DNA of 64,000 nucleotides from Alphaproteobacteria bacterium (GTDB lineage Bacteria; Pseudomonadota; Alphaproteobacteria; RF32; CAG-239): NCBI GenBank assembly GCA_045221335.1, contig JBGUWS010000014.1, positions 70,261 to 134,260 of the forward strand, read 5' to 3'. Shown piece by piece: positions 60,433 to 64,000 of this stretch (position 1 is its first letter; each line of letters starts with the position of its first letter). The notes under the pieces were generated by a model. It saw only the letters and a program-made list of their open reading frames with translations, ran no database searches and was not told where the DNA came from. The position numbers and the translations under genes were made by a program.

Positions 60433-61178
60433 TGGTTACTGAAAATGAAGTTTTTAATTGTGCAGGTTGGCAAGCTATAAATCGTATATCTTCCCTTTCA
60501 CACATACATAATGTATTCTTTCAGAATGGACTAGAGCTACATAATTTACTTAATGAAATACATAATGACGTACAAGTTTCACAAGATACGCAAGAAAAGG
60601 TTTTTTACCATTTACAACAGAAAATTTTCAACTACTTAGCAGCTTCATCTGCTTTAACAGATAATGCTCGTAGATTTATGAAGTATTACAAAGGAACGAC
60701 ATTTTATAAAGAATATGAAAAGAAAGTTATAGAATTATTCCAAAATAATAAATTATCTCATTTTATCCGTAATTTAAGAAATTATCAAACCCATTTTGAG
60801 CTAGTATTTCCTTACCCTGTTCGTTCGCTAGAGGATGATAAGCATTGGGATGTTGTGCTTATATCTGCAGAGTTACTAAAACATAAAGAAGAGTGGAACC
60901 TGGAAGCAAAAGAATTTATAAAGGACTGCGGAAAAGAAGTTAACCTAACTCAAACTTTTGCTGAATATACAAATATTATTAATGCCTTTTATTTGTGGTT
61001 ATATACGAAATTTTCGGAATACCACAAAGATGATCTAATTGAACGTGATCAATTAATAAAATTAGCAAAGTTGCAGTCTCCAGAACAAAAAATTAATCCA
61101 TTAAATTTAACTTCTGATTGGTGTGAAGAAATTATAAATTTTTTGCAAGAACGAAGCAACAAATTAAAACCTGAGTAA
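60432..61178 (+). CDS. Hypothetical protein with Rx4H (HEPN-like) motif, paralog-like to the 53873 gene; embedded at the hsdM 3' end
   Basis: 248 aa. Motif SHFIRNLRNYQTHFELV (Rx4H) at a similar relative position to the 232-aa protein. Its start overlaps the hsdM-remnant stop (TAATG). Confidence 0.4.
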   Translation: MVTENEVFNCAGWQAINRISSLSHIHNVFFQNGLELHNLLNEIHNDVQVSQDTQEKVFYHLQQKIFNYLAASSALTDNARRFMKYYKGTTFYKEYEKKVIELFQNNKLSHFIRNLRNYQTHFELVFPYPVRSLEDDKHWDVVLISAELLKHKEEWNLEAKEFIKDCGKEVNLTQTFAEYTNIINAFYLWLYTKFSEYHKDDLIERDQLIKLAKLQSPEQKINPLNLTSDWCEEIINFLQERSNKLKPE

Positions 61179-61392
61179 AACCCATATATAAAATTACAAA
61201 AGTATATGAAGATCAAACTTTTTATGAAGTAGATGATGAAGAATAGGTAATTGTGTAAATTTGGGACTGTATTTCTCATAACTACTTGAAAAATAAGGAT
61301 AGTCATTATAATTGGTCCGTGTAAATGGCGGGGAGAGGCTGTTTTTAATTTGACTTACACGGACTAGTCTGAAAGCCTTGCAAAATAAAGAA

Positions 61393-61418
61393 AAAAGCCA
61401 CCTCAAAAGGTGGCTTAT
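61393..61418 (-). terminator. Rho-independent terminator for tRNA-Gln (minus strand)
   Basis: aagccacc-tcaaaa-ggtggctt hairpin with a T-run on the minus strand immediately 3' of the tRNA. Confidence 0.7.
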
Positions 61419-61424
61419 CTGCTC

Positions 61425-61499
61425 TGGCTGGGGCGGCTGGATTCGAACCAACGAATGTCGGCACCAAAAGCCGATGCCTTACCACTTGGCGACGCCCCA
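61425..61499 (-). tRNA. tRNA-Gln (anticodon UUG), 75 nt with encoded CCA
   Basis: Reverse complement TGGGGCG-TCGCCAAGTGGTAAGGCA-TCGGC-TTTTGGT-GCCGA-...-TTGGTTCGAATCCAG-CCGCCCCA-G-CCA. It has a cloverleaf with a GGTTCGAATCC T-arm. Confidence 0.85.
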
Positions 61500-61751
61500 A
61501 CATCATAATTGTGGTAAGCTCGTCTACGACAAGCAGGATAATTACTATGCTAAAAAAAATATAAATGCAAGACTTTTTTTAATTTTTATAAAAATTTATG
61601 CACATGAGTGCGGATTATCTTTGATTTAAAGGATAAAAGGGATATTTAGCATAAAAACATTGCATAAGCAAAAAAAATCTTTACAAAAAAATTAATATAC
61701 ATATACTACCGCGCCGGACATAATGATTTTTTTATATAAAGAGGTTAGAAA

Positions 61752-62360
61752 ATGGAATTTTTATCTGCTTTCAGTTTGCGTGAATTTTTAAGTGCTTTTA
61801 TTGTATTGTTTGCTATTACGGATATCCCGGGTAATATACCAGTGGTAATGAGTATGCAGAAAAAAGGAATTCATATCAGTGCAAGACGCTCATTTTGGTA
61901 TTCTTTAATTTTGTTAGTTTTTTTCTTTTACGCGGGAGAAGCTTTTCTTAAACTTTTCGGATTAGATATTCCTTCATTTGCAATTGCCGGTTCATTAATC
62001 GTATTTTTAATTAGTGTTGAGATGATATTGGATATCAATGTTTTTTGCGAAAGTACAGATCAATCATCAGGAGATGGAACATTCGTTCCGGTTGTTTTTC
62101 CGCTGTTTATTGGTGCCGGTGTGCTGACGACACTATTATCAATTCGTTCGCAATATTCGGACATAAACATTCTTTTAGCTGTTTTGTTGGATAGTTTTGG
62201 AGTTTACTTAACCATCAGATTATCACGTTTTTTGAGAAAACATGTTAGCATCGCGACAATTTATTTGCTAAAAAAATTTTTTGGAATGATTTTATTGGCA
62301 ATCTCTGTCAAATTGTTCATAACCAATGTAACAGTATTAATCCAACACTTGGGTGCATAA
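61752..62360 (+). CDS. MarC-family (UPF0056) integral membrane protein
   Basis: 202 aa, six TM helices, conserved AITDIPGNIPV motif near the N terminus. Confidence 0.7.
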   Translation: MEFLSAFSLREFLSAFIVLFAITDIPGNIPVVMSMQKKGIHISARRSFWYSLILLVFFFYAGEAFLKLFGLDIPSFAIAGSLIVFLISVEMILDINVFCESTDQSSGDGTFVPVVFPLFIGAGVLTTLLSIRSQYSDINILLAVLLDSFGVYLTIRLSRFLRKHVSIATIYLLKKFFGMILLAISVKLFITNVTVLIQHLGA

Positions 62361-62514
62361 AGAAAAGTATTTTATACTTACATAAACTGTGATTTTTTTG
62401 CATATGGTTTAATATAACAACTTGACAATTCAAATAAAACACTCCAAAATCCTCTCTCAGAGAGGATAATATGCATAATATTGAGATTAAAAACGTATGT
62501 TGTTGCTGTTTGGG

Positions 62515-62590
62515 TTCCTAAGCTACGCTGCCGGATTTAATTTCAGTATATGAGTTCAAGAAGGCAGCGAAAGCTGCTTTTTTTGATATA
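62515..62590 (+). promoter_or_regulatory. cysS leader with intrinsic terminator (gcagc-gaaa-gctgc + T7) and a possible competing upstream pairing (cgctgcc...ggcagcg); candidate attenuator
   Basis: The terminator hairpin lies 20 nt upstream of the cysS ATG. The upstream segment agctacgctgcc can pair with the 5' half of the terminator. No T-box consensus recognised. Confidence 0.35.
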
Positions 62591-62607
62591 AAATGAGGAA
62601 AAAATAA

Positions 62608-64000
62608 ATGAGCGTATATTTATATAATACAAAAACCCGTCACAAAGATGAATTTATTCCGCTAAACGCACCGCAAGTGTCAATGTATTGTTGCGGGCCG
62701 ACCGTTTATAACTATGCGCACATTGGTAATCTTCGTACTTACATTTATGAGGACTTATTAGCCAATACCTTGCGTTTGGCCGGATATGACGTCAAACATG
62801 TGATGAATATAACCGATGTCGGACACCTAACCAGTGATGGGGATGAAGGCGAAGATAAGATGAAGGTTGCCGCCGAACGCGAAAAGAAGAGTGTTTTGGA
62901 TATTGCCCGTATGTATGAGGATGCCTTCTTCCGTCACACCGCGGCACTAGGCCTAAAAAGACCGACAATTGTTTGCCGTGCGACTGAACATATTCAAGAC
63001 ATGATAGACTTTGTTAAAGTTTTGGAAGACAAAGGTTTTGCATATATCTCTAACGGCAATGTTTATTTTGATACCGCAAAATTTCCGCGTTACGGATGCC
63101 TTTCCGGTCAAAATAGAGAGGACCTTAAACACGGAGCACGTACGGAGCAGGATTTAAATAAACGTAATCCGTCTGATTTTGTGCTATGGTTTACATCATC
63201 TAAATTTGAAAATCAAATCTTGCAATGGGATAGTCCATGGGGCAGGGGATATCCTGGTTGGCATATTGAATGTTCAACCATGTCGATGAAATATTTAGGT
63301 GAACGTATAGATATTCACTGCGGTGGTATAGACCATATTCCGGTACACCATGAAAACGAGATTGCCCAATCAGAAGCAAAGATCGGTCATGAATGGGTAA
63401 ATTATTGGGTTCATATGGAGTTCTTAAATAATAAAACCGGTAAAATGAGCAAATCGAAAGGTGGCTTTTTAACCCTAGATACTTTGGAACAAGAGGGTTA
63501 TAAGCCGGTGCACTACAAATATTTCTGCCTAACGTCGCATTATCGTAGTACGGCCGTTTTTTCTAATGAAGCAATGGATGCCGCTAAAAAAGCCTATGAG
63601 AACTTGGCTCAGTATGTAGCGGAATTTAAATCTTCAGCTCTAAATGCGACTTTATCAAATGATGAACAAGATGAGTTGGTAAAACTAAAAGACGAATTCA
63701 ATGCTTATCTTTTTGACGATTTAAAAACACCGATGGCCTTGTCTTATATGTGGGGTATTATCAAAGATAACAAAAAATCCTCATCTTTACGGTTGGCTTT
63801 TGTGATGCATGTAGATTCCGTATTGAATTTGTTCTTAAAAGATATAACACCACAAAAACAACAACAAGTAGAAGTAACACCGGAAATTGAAGATTTATTG
63901 AAAGCGCGCGCAGATGCACGTGCCGCAAAAGATTGGGCTAAATCTGATGAAATTCGGGATAAATTAGCAGCATTGGGAGTAGGTGTTAAAGACCTACCAA
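62608..64000 (+). CDS. cysS: Cysteine--tRNA ligase (5' partial; runs off the window end)
   Basis: Class I aaRS HIGH motif (CGPTVYNYAHIGNLRTY), zinc/Cys site (IEC), KMSKS motif (GKMSKSKG). No stop codon within the window. Confidence 0.9.
   Translation, partial: MSVYLYNTKTRHKDEFIPLNAPQVSMYCCGPTVYNYAHIGNLRTYIYEDLLANTLRLAGYDVKHVMNITDVGHLTSDGDEGEDKMKVAAEREKKSVLDIARMYEDAFFRHTAALGLKRPTIVCRATEHIQDMIDFVKVLEDKGFAYISNGNVYFDTAKFPRYGCLSGQNREDLKHGARTEQDLNKRNPSDFVLWFTSSKFENQILQWDSPWGRGYPGWHIECSTMSMKYLGERIDIHCGGIDHIPVHHENEIAQSEAKIGHEWVNYWVHMEFLNNKTGKMSKSKGGFLTLDTLEQEGYKPVHYKYFCLTSHYRSTAVFSNEAMDAAKKAYENLAQYVAEFKSSALNATLSNDEQDELVKLKDEFNAYLFDDLKTPMALSYMWGIIKDNKKSSSLRLAFVMHVDSVLNLFLKDITPQKQQQVEVTPEIEDLLKARADARAAKDWAKSDEIRDKLAALGVGVKDLP

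Noticed and set aside
62400-62607. Calling the cysS leader a T-box riboswitch
   Set aside because: I could not find the conserved T-box (AATTAGGGTGGNACCGCG) or a specifier-loop context, so I left it as a generic attenuator candidate.
1-64000. CRISPR arrays, integrases, transposases/IS elements
   Set aside because: I found no regularly spaced short repeats and no recombinase- or transposase-like translations in any frame.

Overview
This is a 64-kb window from a low-GC (roughly 35-38% by eye), anaerobic, apparently diderm bacterium; I cannot place it taxonomically from sequence alone. The first ~53 kb is largely core-like chromosome. It carries a DMT-type transporter, tRNA-Gly(CCC), rnc-era, a CDF metal exporter, a trimeric NADH-dependent [FeFe] hydrogenase operon (hydC/hydB/hydA-like), a second ferredoxin-fused [FeFe]-hydrogenase-like gene translationally coupled to adhE, and two giant Pmp/POMP-repeat type Va autotransporters (1806 and 3668 aa). 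It also carries a DUF1015 protein, a zinc deaminase, a heterodimeric ABC exporter pair, Na+ symporters, a GT2 polyprenyl-phosphate glycosyltransferase, and a partner-switching module (STAS protein plus a Cache/HAMP-PP2C-HATPase fusion resembling HsbA/HsbR). Further along are an ANT-like nucleotidyltransferase, an NSS transporter, a DUF378 mini-protein, a 1820-aa protein combining an M48-like HExxH peptidase with a UbiB/ABC1 atypical kinase domain, and an MBL-fold hydrolase. From ~50.4 kb to the tRNA-Gln(UUG) gene at 61.4 kb the sequence is compositionally patchy and looks accessory. In order it contains the following.
- A duplicated, synonymously diverged 3' end of the second autotransporter flanking an inserted 207-aa ORF.
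- Four copies of an ~85-bp repeat.
- A GT-C glycosyltransferase and a small secreted protein.
- A candidate defence island: a putative Rx4H (HEPN-like) protein, a membrane-anchored DUF3883/PD-(D/E)xK nuclease-like protein, a class II Fic protein, an hsdR gene, an hsdM remnant retaining only its 3' end, and a second Rx4H (HEPN-like) protein abutting tRNA-Gln.
I saw no integrase, transposase or CRISPR array. The window ends with a MarC-family membrane protein and the 5' part of cysS behind a leader hairpin/attenuator.
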